Source of the DNA: Octopus vulgaris
Taxonomy: Eukaryota
Length of the DNA: 64,000 bases
Reading direction: 5' to 3'
NCBI GenBank assembly: GCA_951406725.2
Contig: OX597820.1
Span: 70,928,001 to 70,992,000, forward strand
The notes below the pieces were generated by a model. The model made no database searches. It saw only the letters and a program-made list of their open reading frames with translations, and was not told the DNA's origin. The translations under genes were made by a program, and so were the position numbers. How positions within the stretch are numbered: the first letter of the stretch is position 1; the number at the start of each line of letters is the position of its first letter. Positions 48,595 to 61,954 of this stretch are shown here, in pieces.

Positions 48595-50355
48595 AAAGAA
48601 CAGGCATGTGGCTGGAGCAAAGTCCAAGCCAAGCTGAAAGCAAAATGGTAGTGGAATAATATTGCTGATAGAAAGGGTTAAGAGACTGGCTTGGAAAACC
48701 TGGAAGGTAAGTAGTTACAGGGAGTGTTACCAAAGGGCAACTAGGCAACAGCTATATTTGGCTGAGGGTGAGGCGGAAAAGAAGAGATTTGCACATGCCC
48801 TGCAGTGTGAGGATCAAAGATGTGAGGTGTTCAGGATTGTGAAAGAATGTGTGAGAGAAAAACAAGATGTCATTGGTAAGAAGTGTATTTGGAATGATGA
48901 AGGCATACTTGCCATTGATACAGAAGAGAAAATAGTTGTGAGGAAGAGCTATAAATAAGAAGCTGCTGAATGTGAAAAACACACAGGATAAACAGGGACT
49001 ATCTCATGCTCACCCTACTGAGTGAGCAGTAATTCAAGTAGATAAAGCAGTGAAGGAGATAAAGGAGAAAGCTGAAGCTCTGTCAAGGACAGTTGTAGAG
49101 ATGCTCAAAATATCCAGTGAGGTAAGGCATGTGATTACGATCTGGAAAGCAAATTACATTATGAAAGAAGGAGTTATATTCAATAGCTGGCAAAGCAGTA
49201 TCATTATAAACTGCCACAGAAGCAATGGAGATGCCTTAGAGAGGTGCAACTATCAAGGAATCAAACTACTGGATCAGATTATGAAGGTTATAGAGAGAGT
49301 CATAACACAATTGATTCAGATCAGGTACAGCTTGGATGCATGCCTGGAAGTACCATGGATGCAATCTTCCTAGTGAGGTAACTGTATGATAAATACTTGG
49401 CAAAGAGTAAACCATTATTCATTATTCTTGGCATTTGTTAACTCAGAGAAGATATTTGACAGGGTACCACATACAGTAATCTGGTGGCTACTAAGGAAAC
49501 TAGGAGTAGATGAAGAGCTTGCGAGAGTGATGCAAGTTATGTACAATGATGCAGTAAGTAAAGTGAGAGTCAGCAATAAATTTAGCATGAAAGTAAGAGT
49601 CCATCAAAGTCCCGTCCTCAGTCTTCTCCCATTCATCAAAGTCCTACAAGCCATATTAGAGGAGTTTAAGACTGGTTGTCCTCAGGAACTCCTATACACT
49701 GATATTCTAGTTATCATGGCTGAATCTACAGGCAAATTTGAGAGGAAATTCCAGGCATGAAAGCTAAACCAAGGATCAATCAGGCTTAAGGCAAACTTAG
49801 CAAAGATAAAGGACTTTGTAAGTAAGAAATAAGTTAGAATCCTGGTACCTTCAGGGAAATAGCCTTGCTTGAAATGCATTAAAGGAGTTGGTGTAAACTC
49901 CAAATACAGTACTCAAGTAAGTTATGGACATACAAGAGATGTAGCAGAGTTACAGGCAGGCTAGCCTCATACGTGATTAGATGCACAGGAGCAGCGTGTA
50001 CTATGAGCACACCAGAAACAGATTCTCTTAAATAGCTGGATAGCTCACTAAAAGTAATTGATAGCGTTTGTTGCCAAGTAGATGTAATTAGCAAAGGGGT
50101 AGTTGCTCTGCAAATATATTGGCCAGAGTAAATACAGATTGGAGAAAGTTCAGAGAGCAAATGCTGCTGTTGGCAACAAAGGCATTTTTCCCTTTGGAGT
50201 GAAGGGCAGATTGTATGACACTTGTGTTAGAACTTCAATACAGTATGATAGTGAAACATGGGTCTTGAATGCAGAGGATTTGAGAAGACTGGAAAGAAAT
50301 GAAGTAAGCATGCTCTGTTGGATATGCAATTTAAATGTTTATGAATGACAGACAA
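48595..50355 (+). mobile_element. Old, heavily degraded RTE LINE
   Basis: ORF fragments with NYQGIKLLDQ, LAFVNSEKIFDRVP, GCPQELLYTD, VKGRLYDTCVR...SETW in the expected order. Confidence 0.88.
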
Positions 50356-50357
50356 AT

Positions 50358-50640
50358 GCGAAAAGGGTCCAACTATTCAACTCTATTCCGGTACATGTCA
50401 GAAATCTATCAGGATGCAGTGTGGAATCATTCAAATTGCAGCTGGATAGATACTTAAGCACCATTAGAGATTAACCCCATCTCCCAGGATATACACAACG
50501 AGCACAAACTGACTCAAACTCGCTCCTACACATGTCAAAATTAAACAGAGAATACAACCTGGCAACCACACCAGACTCTGAGGGTGGAGTCTTCGACTTG
50601 GCCTGAGCATGGACTCAAACTCAAATGAAATGAAATAAGC
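50358..50640 (+). mobile_element. CR1/L2-group LINE 3' end (different family)
   Basis: QLFNSIPVHVRNLSGCSVESFKLQLDRYLSTIRD*PHLPGY...SNSLLH; short (GAAAT)n tail. Confidence 0.75.
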
Positions 50641-50699
50641 GTTCACATAATAATTTGATTTCTTATGGTTAAATTTATGTAGGCTTTACCATCTAATTT

Positions 50700-51860
50700 T
50701 TTAAATTAACCATTAGGCTTCCATGTCAGCCATGTGTTGATCTTTTTTTTTGAGGCCTGTGTTTTTTACATGTTTATCTTCTATTTTTGTATTTTATAGA
50801 AAATATATTATTCACTAGTATTTTTCTAACATTGTGGTGTGTGATATAGTGTGTTGTGATTGATCTTTGTAAATGCACAGTGAGCATATGAGAGAGTTCT
50901 GTATTTATATGGCCTATATAACAGCAGAAGTCCTGAAGTTTACAACTTTCAGTTTTACAATCAAATTTATAGATTACATTGGTCATTAGCAGCTTGTTCT
51001 CATGTTTACATGATTGAAGTGTATTATTGACAAGGAGGTTTTGATTTTAGCATTTTTTGTAGTATACTATTAATTTCAGTTTACAATTAGAAGAATTTTG
51101 CTTTTCATTTTATGAGGTTTCTGATTATGTATTTGTCTGTTCAATAGTTGTTATGCATTTGATTCATATAATAAATGTTATGCGTAACTTGTGTATTTTT
51201 ATTGAATGTGCCCACTGGTGTATTTGTTGTATTGTACTTGTGTCAGTATTCTGTTGTAGCTAGGTCTGGTAGTCTGCTGGAATATTTGTTTCTAATTAAT
51301 GTTTCATTCTGTGGATTTCTTTCCCTTTCTTGTGGACAAGAATTTAAATTCTCTTCTGAGTAGTGATTTTACCACTAACATCTTACAGTTGTGTGGGCAT
51401 TCACTGACTTCTTGTGGATGCATGCATTTGTTTGATTCTTTAGTGTATACTGAAGTCTTGGGTCTTTTCTTTGATCTTTATATTTACACCTAAAAAGCAG
51501 AGTCTCATTTGTATTATTCAGGTTGTTAAATTTTCTCAAAGTCTTCTTTTAGTTTCTCAATCACATTCTCTACTGTGCATAGGTAGAGTGCTGCAAACAT
51601 AAGTTCTAAGGAAGACCTCATGGCTACGCCATCTATTTGTTTGTACACTGGGCAGAAATCTTCTTCAATGAGTAGAAAGTAAGTAAAACCCATTTGTGCA
51701 TTTATCACTGTAATTAATATAATTTTACTTTTTGTTGTTGGATGTTATATTTCTGAACCTTAAAGAATTTGCCTTTGTCTCTTAAGTAAATTATTAATTT
51801 TTGTATTATACCTGTTTCAATCCATGACGATAGACATATTACTTTTGTCATCCATAAAAA
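50700..51860 (-). mobile_element. Degraded Penelope-like element (RT and GIY-YIG)
   Basis: YKQIDGVAMRSSL (PLE RT motif YxQxxGxAMGSPL) in ORF 51526-51708. NVIYKFDC...YIGH...LSHMLTVHLQ (GIY-YIG) in ORF 50774-50986. Same strand and expected order. Confidence 0.82.
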
Positions 51861-51939
51861 TTTTATGTTGTCATTTTTTAAGCCATACTGTACTTTTTAA
51901 AGTTTATTATTTTGTGAGACTATTTTTATTACATTCACC

Positions 51940-51988
<49 letters not shown>

Positions 51989-53184
51989 GTTGGACAGGCT
52001 GGCATGGGTTGAATACCAGCCCATCCAACCCATGCCAGACTGTCCAACCCATATCAATTGTCCAACCCATGCCAGCCCGACCAACCCATGCCAGCATCGA
52101 AAGCGGATGCTAAATGATGATGATGATGATGATGATGATATATATACACACACTTACACATATATATAAACATGCATATGTGTATGTGCATGTACATTTA
52201 GTAATTAGACACATGTGAGCCTCACAAGGTATGTCTTAATTCATTAATTGAGACATTTTTTTACAGAGAGTGCTCTAGAACTAATTAAAAATCAGTAGTG
52301 ACTATGATCAATGGTAACATGAAATAAATAAACAGAAAAGAATTCAAATATACCTAAAAAGAAAACGAACTTATACTCAGCTAACTAATGGTAACCATCT
52401 GAGGCATCTAACTATTTCTGAGTTAAGTGACTTCTTCAACCAGTGTAGATAAAAAGCAGGTTCCTGTGAAGCCTTGCTGTAAATATTACTCAACAGCCAT
52501 AACTGGTTTTAATATAAAGCAACCGAAGCATACAAGAAGAATGAAGCGAGAATATTTATATACAATCCCCTCTACCAAAAAAACAAAAAAAAAAAAAACA
52601 GAAAAGAACATACACACACACACACACAAACCATATGCAAATATGTTAGCTGATCCACCTGTTATATCTGAGATTAGCAAGTTTGAAATTACATAAATAG
52701 TTACAAAAACATCAAATTTTATTAACAGGTAAATAATTTTTAAAACCTTTTCTTTGAACAAAAATGTTCATTTTACTTCCCCTTAAATATGATATATTAC
52801 TTTGAGGTAAAAATAAAAAGCTTTTATCGTTATATTCTGTATTATTAAAACACATAAATTTAAATTTTAATGAAAAATATAATTGGAGCTTTGGATTCCA
52901 GTCAAGCAGTAACTTTTAACTGTACAAACCGTGCTGATATTCTTTTTGTCTTTTATGCTTTACCTGTTTTAGTCTCTGGACTGTGGCCATGCTGGGCTAC
53001 CACCTTGGAGGGTTTTAGTCAGAGAAACTTATGCTTTTAAGGATCAGTACTCATTCTATCAGTGTTTATTGCTGCTAGCAATAGGTTTGTGTTTTCTCTC
53101 AGGAGACAGAAAGTGTTGCATCCTTTATAGTGAGAATGAGAAGAGACAGAGCAAGAGAGAAAAAAAGAGAAAGTGAGAGAAAGA

Positions 53185-53257
<73 letters not shown>

Positions 53258-54624
53258 GATGATGTGCAAGTTTGAAGTTCAAATACAATGTGTGTATATG
53301 TGTGTATGGTGTGTGTGTGTGTGTATAAAGTAAACACAAATGCCATTTAAAATTTATGACAACTGTTTTGGTAGAATTTATTTATTTAATGCAGTCCTAA
53401 AAGATTATATCATAATTCATAATCCAATGTCATCAGGTAAAATTTTGGGAAGGTAAGGTTTGAGAGAGAGAGAGAGAGAGAGTCTAACCCATGCAAGGAT
53501 GTGAAAATGGATATGAAACAAATGAACAAACATGCACAGCAGACATAGAAGCATTAGCTCCTGTTACAATTAGTTGCAAAATCACATAATAGTACATAAA
53601 AGATACCGGAGTCCATTTCATCAGACTCCACTGATTTGTTGTATACCTAGCTCACTCATGTTGTGAACTTAGGCACAAAAAAAAACTTGAAGGTTTAGTA
53701 GCGACTCCAAGAGACCTCCAAGAGACCTTAGTGGGCCTCTACATTAGATAAATGTTGCTTGATTACAAGTATTTGCTTTGAAAACCTGATTTTATATGCT
53801 AGTAAAGACTGAACAGTGAGGTAGAATTTTAAGGCTAGATGCATCTCTTGTCAGCAACCCTTATCTGTTTTTCAAGTTAGGGAGGTTTTCTTCTACAGAT
53901 CTTTGAAAGTACGGAACAACCACTCATAATACCAACAAGGTATGTCACCATTATCAGCATTTCAGTCATGCTGTGACAAGCATGAAATGATAACATTCAT
54001 ACACATTCACATACACACATGATGAGCTTCCTACAGTTTCCTACTTGTTAATTCACTCAGAAGGCATCAGTGAGCTAAGGGCTATGGTGAAAGATACTTG
54101 CCACAGGATCTATGGAATAGGATAAAACTTGAAACTATTTAATCACATTATATATAATCTCATTAATGAAGCATAGTTTAACTGTTGCTTCAGAGCTTAG
54201 AATAACTAAAGGAATATACAGGTTTTTCTATAAATGAACACTAATTGGCATAATAACTTAAAAGAAAGAGCAGGAAAAATTTACTCAGGAACACTTGATG
54301 AATAATTTAAAATTTCTTAATAGTGCAGGCATAGCTCCCAATCATGAGGTCTTGAATTCAGTCCTACTTCACAGTACCTTGAGGGTTTTCTACAAATGGC
54401 CCAAGCCAACTAAAGCATTGTGAGTGGATTTGGTAGATGGAAACTGAAAGAAACCTGTATATTATATATATTATACATATATATAATTTAAATAGAGGTT
54501 AAAAAAACAACCTCAAGAGATAGAAAATACCCAATGAATTGCTGGTTTGTTACACATTATTTTGTTGTGAATAGTAATATTCCTAAAATATTGGTTTAAA
54601 TATAAATCTTGGCTTATAAATATT

Positions 54625-54783
54625 CAAATTAAAATTCAGAAAGTGAAGTAGTGTTAATATAATTTATTAACTGCAAAAATTCAACATGTGCACTTACAGC
54701 TGTTTCGGTTTTGAAAATGTTAAATTTTTAGCTGTTCATAAATTATATTAACACTACTTCTCCATTTTCTGTATTTTAATTTG
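54625..54783. repeat. Inverted repeat, ~65 bp arms
   Basis: 54625-54687 versus 54717-54783; GAAGTAGTGTTAATATAATTTAT is a perfect core. Confidence 0.9.
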
Positions 54784-55449
54784 TATGTGTGTGTATATAT
54801 TTTTTTATTTTTTTATTTATCTAGTTTCAGCTCACTATCTGTGGTCATGCTGGGGCACCATATATATATATACATACATGATATTATTCAGTTGTATTTC
54901 AAGATTTCTGGCCAAGAGAGAAACAGCTGGTTTCTAACCTAGATCTAAGACTCCTTCATTGGCATTTCAACATCAACAGGGTAGTTGTGCATGTTTGTGT
55001 GTATGTGTGCAATATTTAAAGTCAGTGCATGTGCAGAGTCATGTGTGTGTGTGTGTGTATGTGTATACATGTATGTGTTTGTAACTAGATATCATGTGAT
55101 GGTTGAAAATCATCACATCCACCACTAACACCACCACCATCATCATCATCATGCAAGTGAGACTCTTCATTTTTAGTTTCAGATGAAAACGTATCTGACT
55201 AACAGGTGATAGTCAGCAACAGCAAGGGCATCCAGCTGTAAAAATTTGCACCTGAACAAATTCTGGCCAACCCATGAAAGAATGGAAAAACTGGAATTTA
55301 AATTATGATGATGTTGATGATGATGGTTTACTACATCAAGTATGTTAGCATCCATTGTCTTATCAACATTTCCTGCAGCAGGCGTACCTTGGTAATAACA
55401 ATTTTCTTCACTTATTCTCTCATATATATATAAAAGTATATATGTTTGT

Positions 55450-55484
<35 letters not shown>

Positions 55485-56229
55485 CATGTGTGCATAGACT
55501 AATTATGAATTCTTTGCTCTGTTTACTGTGAAATGGGAGGTAACTTCCTAAAGAGGTGTAATTAAATGGGCAAACTCAGCTATTCAACAAACCGAAATCA
55601 ATAAAATGAATTACAACTTAAGAACCAAGGGAGGAGGGGTAATTGTATTGAAAAAAAACCCTAGAAGGTGTTACCCCAGCATCGCTGCAGTCCAATGACT
55701 GAAACCAGATAATAAAAAAAAAAAGGGAAAAAAGAAAATAGCAAAAAGGAACTAATATGAGAGAAATGTCAGTTTTCTTCCAATAACTACAGCAAAAATT
55801 CAACTTACCTTACAGTATATATATTAATGAAAAATACAATAAAAATCAGATATAAAAATACATTTTATCTTTATCTATTCTTAGTGTCATTTCAATGTTC
55901 TAGTTTGCAATCAGATAAAATTTTAGTCAATTTTTAGCTGGAAGCACCAAAAAAAAAAAAAGCAAAAAAAACAAAAAAAAAACAAAAGCATCTCATTCTT
56001 TTATGATTCCTCTTAAATAATATTTTTCTGAACAATCAGTTTATGTAATCTTAATTTACCTTACATTAACTGCAATTTTATTACACTTTTTTTTTTCCAC
56101 ACGACATATTTCATTGTCTAAATACTGTTCTTTGGTTTATTAGATATTCTTTAGTTCCAAAGTGGTTGGCAGTGATAGTGGTAGTAGTAGTGGCTGTAAC
56201 TTGCCATCTTGCCATCATCACATTGTTGT

Positions 56230-56266
<37 letters not shown>

Positions 56267-56267
<1 letters not shown>

Positions 56268-56592
56268 TGACTGCAGCTATGCTGGAGCACCGCCTTTACT
56301 CGAGGAAATCAACCCCAGGACTTATTCTTTGCAAGCCTAGTACTTATTCTTTCGGTCTCTTTTGCTGAGCCGCTAAGTTATGGGGACAAACACAGACACA
56401 CAAACACACACATATATATACATATACATATATACGACGGGCTTCTTTCAGTTTCCATCTACCAAATCCACTTACAAGGCTTTGTTTGGCTCAAGGCTAT
56501 AGTAGAAGACACTTGCCCAAGGTGATACGCAGTGGGACTGAACCCAGAACCATGTGGTTTGTAAGCAAGCTACTTACCACACAGTCACTCCT
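56267..56592 (-). mobile_element. SINE A
   Basis: Reverse-complement match; head-to-head with the copy at 56700. Confidence 0.82.
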
Positions 56593-56699
56593 TCTTAGTC
56601 AGGTATTTTCAAGTAAAGGTGCATAAGGTGACAAGCTGGCAGTAATGCTAGTGCACCATGCAAACTACTCAGCAGTATTTCGTCTTTCTTTAAGTTTAT

Positions 56700-57100
56700 A
56701 GATGTAAGAGTGGCTGTGTGGTAAGTAGCTTGCTTATGAACTACATGGTTCCGGGTTCAGTCCCACAGCATGGCATCTTGGGCAAGTGTCTTCTACTATA
56801 GCTTCGGGCCAACCAAAACCTTGTAAGTGGATTTGGTAGACGGAAACTGAAAGAAACCTGTCACATATATGTATATACATATATATATGTGTGTATATGT
56901 TTGTGTGTCTGTGTTTGTCACCCCAACATCACTTGACAATGGCTACTGGTGTGTTTATGTCCCCGTAACTTAGCGGTTTGGCAAAAGAGACTGATAGAAT
57001 AAGTACTAGACTTACAAAGAATAAGACCTGGGTTGATTTTCTCGACTAAAGGTGGTGCTCCAGCATGGCTACAGTCAAATGGCTGAAACAAGTAAAAGAG
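56700..57100 (+). mobile_element. SINE A
   Basis: Full-length match. Confidence 0.85.
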
Positions 57101-57426
57101 TATAAAGTAATTAAATGTGTTCAAAATAAATTTCACGTATTTCAGCCTAAAAATATAATATCAACACATTATCACTTTTAACATTCACTTTGAAATGCTT
57201 GTATGATTCAGAGAGAGTTTTATGAGGCAGGGTTTCTGCAGTCCGATGCTCTTCGTGTCTTCAACCCTTTCTTGTTTCCATGCAAGAAAATATTGCCCCA
57301 TGGCAAGACATGATTTTGCAGAATATTCTAAATGAATGATGTTCATTATCCAAACATCACACAATGACAAGATAAGCAAACACAAAGACACACATATATA
57401 TATAAAGATTTATATACATAAACACA

Positions 57427-58315
57427 TTGGGCAAAGTTCACAGAGCTCCTATCCCTGCTAGTAACAAAGGGCCTCTCGCTCAGAATAAAAGGTACACTGT
57501 ATGACGCATGTGTGCGAACAGCCATGCTACAGGGCAGTGACTGCTGAGGACATGTGTAAGCTCGCAAGAAATGAAGTTAATGTGCTCTGCTGGATGCGTG
57601 ATGTCAGTGTGCATACACGACAGAGTGTAAGTGCCCTGAGAGAAAAGCTGGACATAAGAAGCATCAGATGTGGTGGGCAAGAGAGACGACTGCGCTGGTA
57701 TGGTCATGTGTTGCGTATGGATGAGGACAGCTGTGTGAAAAAGTGTCACACCCTAGCAGTAGAGGGAACCTGTGGAAGAGGAAAACCCAGGAAAACCTGG
57801 GATGAGATGGTGAAGCATGACCTTCAAACGTTGGGCCTCATGGAGGTGATGACAAGTAACCGAGACCTTTGGAGATATGCTGTGCTTGAGAAGATCCAGC
57901 AAGTTAAGTGAGACCATAACTGTAGCCTATGCCAGTGCAGCATAACTGGCCCATTTAAAAGTACCCTTCAATCACTAGGCAATAAACTGTGCTTGTGAAG
58001 ACCTGTTAAGTCTAGTGAAGTCATTGTTGTGGCTGATGACAGTACTGCCTGATTGGCACCAATGTCGGTGGCACATAAAAAGCTCCATTCATGTGTGGTT
58101 GATGCCAATGCTGCCTGACTGGCCCTCATGCAGTGGCACATAAAAAGTACCCACTACACTCTCAGAGTGGTTGGCATTAGGAAGGGCATCCAGCTGTAGA
58201 AAGTTTGTCAGATCAGATTGGAACCCGGTGCAGCCTTCTGGCTCGCCAGCCCTCAGTTAAACCATCCAACCCATGCCATATGGAAAGCAGACATTAAATG
58301 ACGATGATGATGACA
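57427..58315 (+). mobile_element. RTE LINE 3' end with 3' UTR and (GAT)n tail
   Basis: RRLRWYGHVLRMDEDSCVKKCHTLAVEGTCGRGKPRKTW; 3' UTR GAGTGGTTGGCATTAGGAAGGGCATCCAGCTGTAGAAA...CCAACCCATGC...GATGATGAT. Confidence 0.9.
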
Positions 58316-58322
58316 TATACAT

Positions 58323-58353
<31 letters not shown>

Positions 58354-58687
58354 AACACATATACATACATATCATCATCATCATCATCATTTAGCATCTG
58401 CTTTCCATGCTGGCATGGGTTGGACAGTTTGACTGAAACTGGTAAGCTGCAGGGCTACACCAGGCATTGCAGCTTGATGCCCTTCCTAATGCCAACCACT
58501 CCAAGAGTGAACACATAGAGAGATGTGCAGGTAGTATCCAACCAAACTTCACAGTTTCCCCCATCTATTAGTGCAAAGAAACAATTTCTGTACAAGAACA
58601 TTTAAATAAAGAAAATTTGTTCATTGACTTGAGATACCTGTCCTGCCTTGATTTTTGTTGTCCTTTTATCTCTAATAGAATATAAGT

Positions 58688-59760
58688 TAAAGTTAACTTA
58701 GCCAAGACTAAAGTTGTTGTTAGCAAGAAAGGAGATAAGACTCCCATTCTAGCTGGCAAATATCCCTGTTCAATATGTAGGAAAGGAGGGGGATGTAATT
58801 CCATTTACTGCACCAAGTGTAAGCTATGGACACATAAGAGATGTAGTGGAATTGGGATAAGATTATCAGATAAAGTTGCTTTCGTGTGTGGCAGATGCAC
58901 AGGAACAGTAAGTATTAAGAGTATGAGGGACTTAACCCTTTTGTTACCAGCCTGGCTGAAACCGGCTCAGGCTCTGTTGTACAAATGTCTTGTTTTCATA
59001 AGGTTTTAATTAAAATCTTCTATCAAACCTTAGTCACAATTTATGTTCCTAACACTAGCTGAATGATAACTAAGTTATTTTGCTAAATTCTTCGTTATAT
59101 TTAAAGTAATTGAAAGAAACACAGAGCATCTCAAAATAAATACAGTAATGAAAGGGTTAAACTTTTTCAAATGCCCAGGTGGCTCTCTTGAGGTAGTAGA
59201 TAGTTTCTGCTATTCAGGTGACCAAATTAGCAATGGTGGTGGATGCTCTGAAAGTATTGTTTCTAGAATAAGAATAGGATGGAGGTAGTTCAGAGAACTA
59301 CTACCTCTGTTGGCAGCAAAAGGACTCTCTCGCAGAGTGAAAGGTAGATTGTATGATGCTTGTGTGAGAATGGCTGTGTTACATGGTAGTGAGACATGGG
59401 CTCTAACTGTGGAGAACATGCGTAAGCTGGAGGGGAATGAAGGTAGTATGCTCCATTGGATTTGCAACATCAGTGTGCATGAGAGACAAAGCACAACTGT
59501 GTTGAGAGAAATGTTAGATTTAAGAGGGATTAAATGTGATGTGCTGGAGAGGAAAATGTGTTGGTTTGGACATGTGATGCGTATGAAGAAAGACAGCTGT
59601 ATAAAGAAGTGCCTGTCATTGAGAGCGGAAGAAGGAGACCCAGGAAGACATGAGATGAAGTGGTGAGACTGATCTTAGGATGTTAGGGTTCATGGAGGAA
59701 ATGACAGGGGACTGAGATGTTTGGCGATATGAGGTTCCAGAGAAGACCTGTCCACAAAAC
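58688..59760 (+). mobile_element. RTE LINE fragment interrupted by a TTAA MITE
   Basis: VNLAKTKVV, YPCSICRKG...CTKCKLWTHKRC...CGRC, VKGRLYDACVRMAVLHGSETW, WFGHVMRM. Confidence 0.88.
58936..59156. mobile_element. piggyBac-type MITE with TTAA TSD, inserted in an RTE LINE
   Basis: TTAA|CCCTTTTGTTACC...GTAATGAAAGGG|TTAA. RTE-like coding sequence lies on both sides. Confidence 0.85.
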
Positions 59761-60164
59761 TGAGTTGTGTCCTACCCACATGTAACAAACTTTTCAGCCA
59801 CTCTACCCTAAGAAACTGAACTCATAGCTCCTCTTCTAACTGCATCTTTCTCTTCCTCACATTCCTCTTCATAAATTATCATTGTTTCCCAATCCCCTTT
59901 CTTGGCCTCACTGTCACGCTCACTGTATTGCTGCTCTCCAGACCTCCAACACCCACACCCTATTTTTCTAACTAGGTTTTATGCTCAGATCCTTCTTACT
60001 TGTGAGTATACCCTAGCACTAATCCATCTCTCTTCTGCTCTCTTTTACACTTTTGCTGTTTCCTGCTCTTCCTACTCTCTCTCTCTCTCTCTCTCTTTCT
60101 CTCATTTCCCTTTGGTCACTATCTCTCTCTTCTTGTTTTTCCTCTGACTAGGTAATTAAGTATC

Positions 60165-60352
60165 ACCTTCACATCAGCACACTTGTTTCTAATCTTGCAC
60201 ATCCAACAGAGCATACAAGCTTCATTCCTCTTCAGTCTTTGCATGTCCTCCACATTCAGGCCCAGCATCTCACTATCATGGAATACAGCTATTCATACAC
60301 AAGCACCATACAATCTACCTTTCACTGTGAGAGAGAGGCCTTTTGTTGCCAA
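60165..60352 (-). mobile_element. Short RTE LINE fragment
   Basis: Minus strand reads KGLSLTVKGRLYGACV...SEM, homologous to the other RTE copies. Confidence 0.7.
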
Positions 60353-60607
60353 AAAATGTAAAAGCTTTCTGGCTGACACTTTGAAGTCACTGTCAAAAAG
60401 AATGATGATGATGATGATGATGATAAGTACATATCTATACACACATACACAAAATGCACACCTATATGACAGGCTTTTTTCAGTTTCTGTCTACCAAATT
60501 CACTGAAAAGGCATTATTCAGATTGGAACTATAGTGCTGTACAGTGGGATTGAACTCAGAACTACATGGTCATAAAATGAACTTCAACACAATCATACAT
60601 GCACTTA

Positions 60608-60980
60608 TATTCTTTTATTTGTTTCAGTCATTTGACTGCAGCCATGTTAAAGCACTGCCTTTTAGTCGAACAACTCGACCCCAAGATTTATTCTTTGTAA
60701 GCTTAGTACTTATTCTATTCACCACTTCTGCTGAACCACTAAGTTACAAGGACATAAACACACCAATAGCGGTTGTCAAACAATGGTGGGGTAAGAAGCA
60801 GACACACACACATATACAATGGGCTTCTTTCAGTTTTCGTCTACCGAATCCACTCACAAGGCTTTGGTTAGTCTGAGGCTATAGTAGAAGACACTTGCCC
60901 AAGGTGCCACACAGTAGGACTGAACCCAGAACTATGTGGTTAGTAAGCAAGCTACTTACCATGCAGCCACTCCTGTACCT
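60608..60980 (-). mobile_element. SINE A
   Basis: Full-length reverse-complement match. Confidence 0.85.
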
Positions 60981-61760
60981 ATATGTATATTATTTTGTTA
61001 TAAATATTCACAAATCTGATTCTGCATAATATATATATATATATATATATACAAAAAAAAACAATAGTTAAATCAGTGTTAATATATTATAGAAAAGGAG
61101 CAGCTTATACGCCAACTGGAAATAATTAGAAGGGAAAGAAAAAAAATCAATGTTATTTATATTATTTTGATTCTTTTGCCAAGAATAGGAGACAACTTTG
61201 GACAGGTTTCATTCTTATATTATGACCATCTTTGGTGAAGCATATATATGAAAAGTAGGTTAGGTACCACTCATTTCATGCTTCAGTGGTTAGTAGTAAT
61301 AAGATTAGTCAGCTGTAAAATCAACTGCATCAACATTATGTAAATTACCAAATTTCATAAAACCATCCGATTAATGTTAACAGAAAAAAAAAAATGAATG
61401 TAAAATAGTTATAAAAGAAGGCAAATTTTATTATTCAAGTTAAGCACTCACTACACACACACACACATACAGAGTCAAGCAATTTATTTGCTATAAAATC
61501 TCTATGCAGCTACTTGATGTGTAAGAAGTAGTAGCTAAGTCTTCTTCAAAACACACCCTGTTGTCTTAAAAACAGAAAAAACACTGGATACAGTTCTTTT
61601 ATATACACTGGTTAATAATGGCTGTTTTTCTATACACTATGTATAGAATAAAGGTGGGATGATTATAGTAGGAATGTTTTTGATCAGAGCTGACTTGGGT
61701 TAAACGACAACAACATTAACAAGAGCAATCCGTTAGAAAATTAATTTAAGTTTTAATTAC

Positions 61761-61954
61761 CTCCAATTCAAAAGATTGAGCAATGAATTTCTTAACAGTT
61801 TCTCTTTTTTTCGTTGTCACTAAGTCATATTTTACTTCCACTGGAACGAGATTATTTTGAGTTTTGAAAAAGTTGTTCCATTCTTTACAAACTCTCTGAG
61901 CCAGTTGTCTAACTTTAGTATCTTTGTGGCAGCGTAACCGTTTAACTATGCGAC
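61761..61954 (-). CDS. TCEANC2: Penultimate coding exon of TCEANC2 (transcription elongation factor A N-terminal and central domain-containing protein 2)
   Basis: Minus strand: acceptor ctctatttcgacag|gt, donor gag|gtaatt. 194 nt, phase 1 to phase 0, open: (G)RIVKRLRCHKDTKVRQLAQRVCKEWNNFFKTQNNLVPVEVKYDLVTTKKRETVKKFIAQSFELE. Colinear with the vertebrate TCEANC2 segment [27 protein letters not shown]...IEVRSD...LSEALELK as recalled. Not present in the ORF track. Confidence 0.9.
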
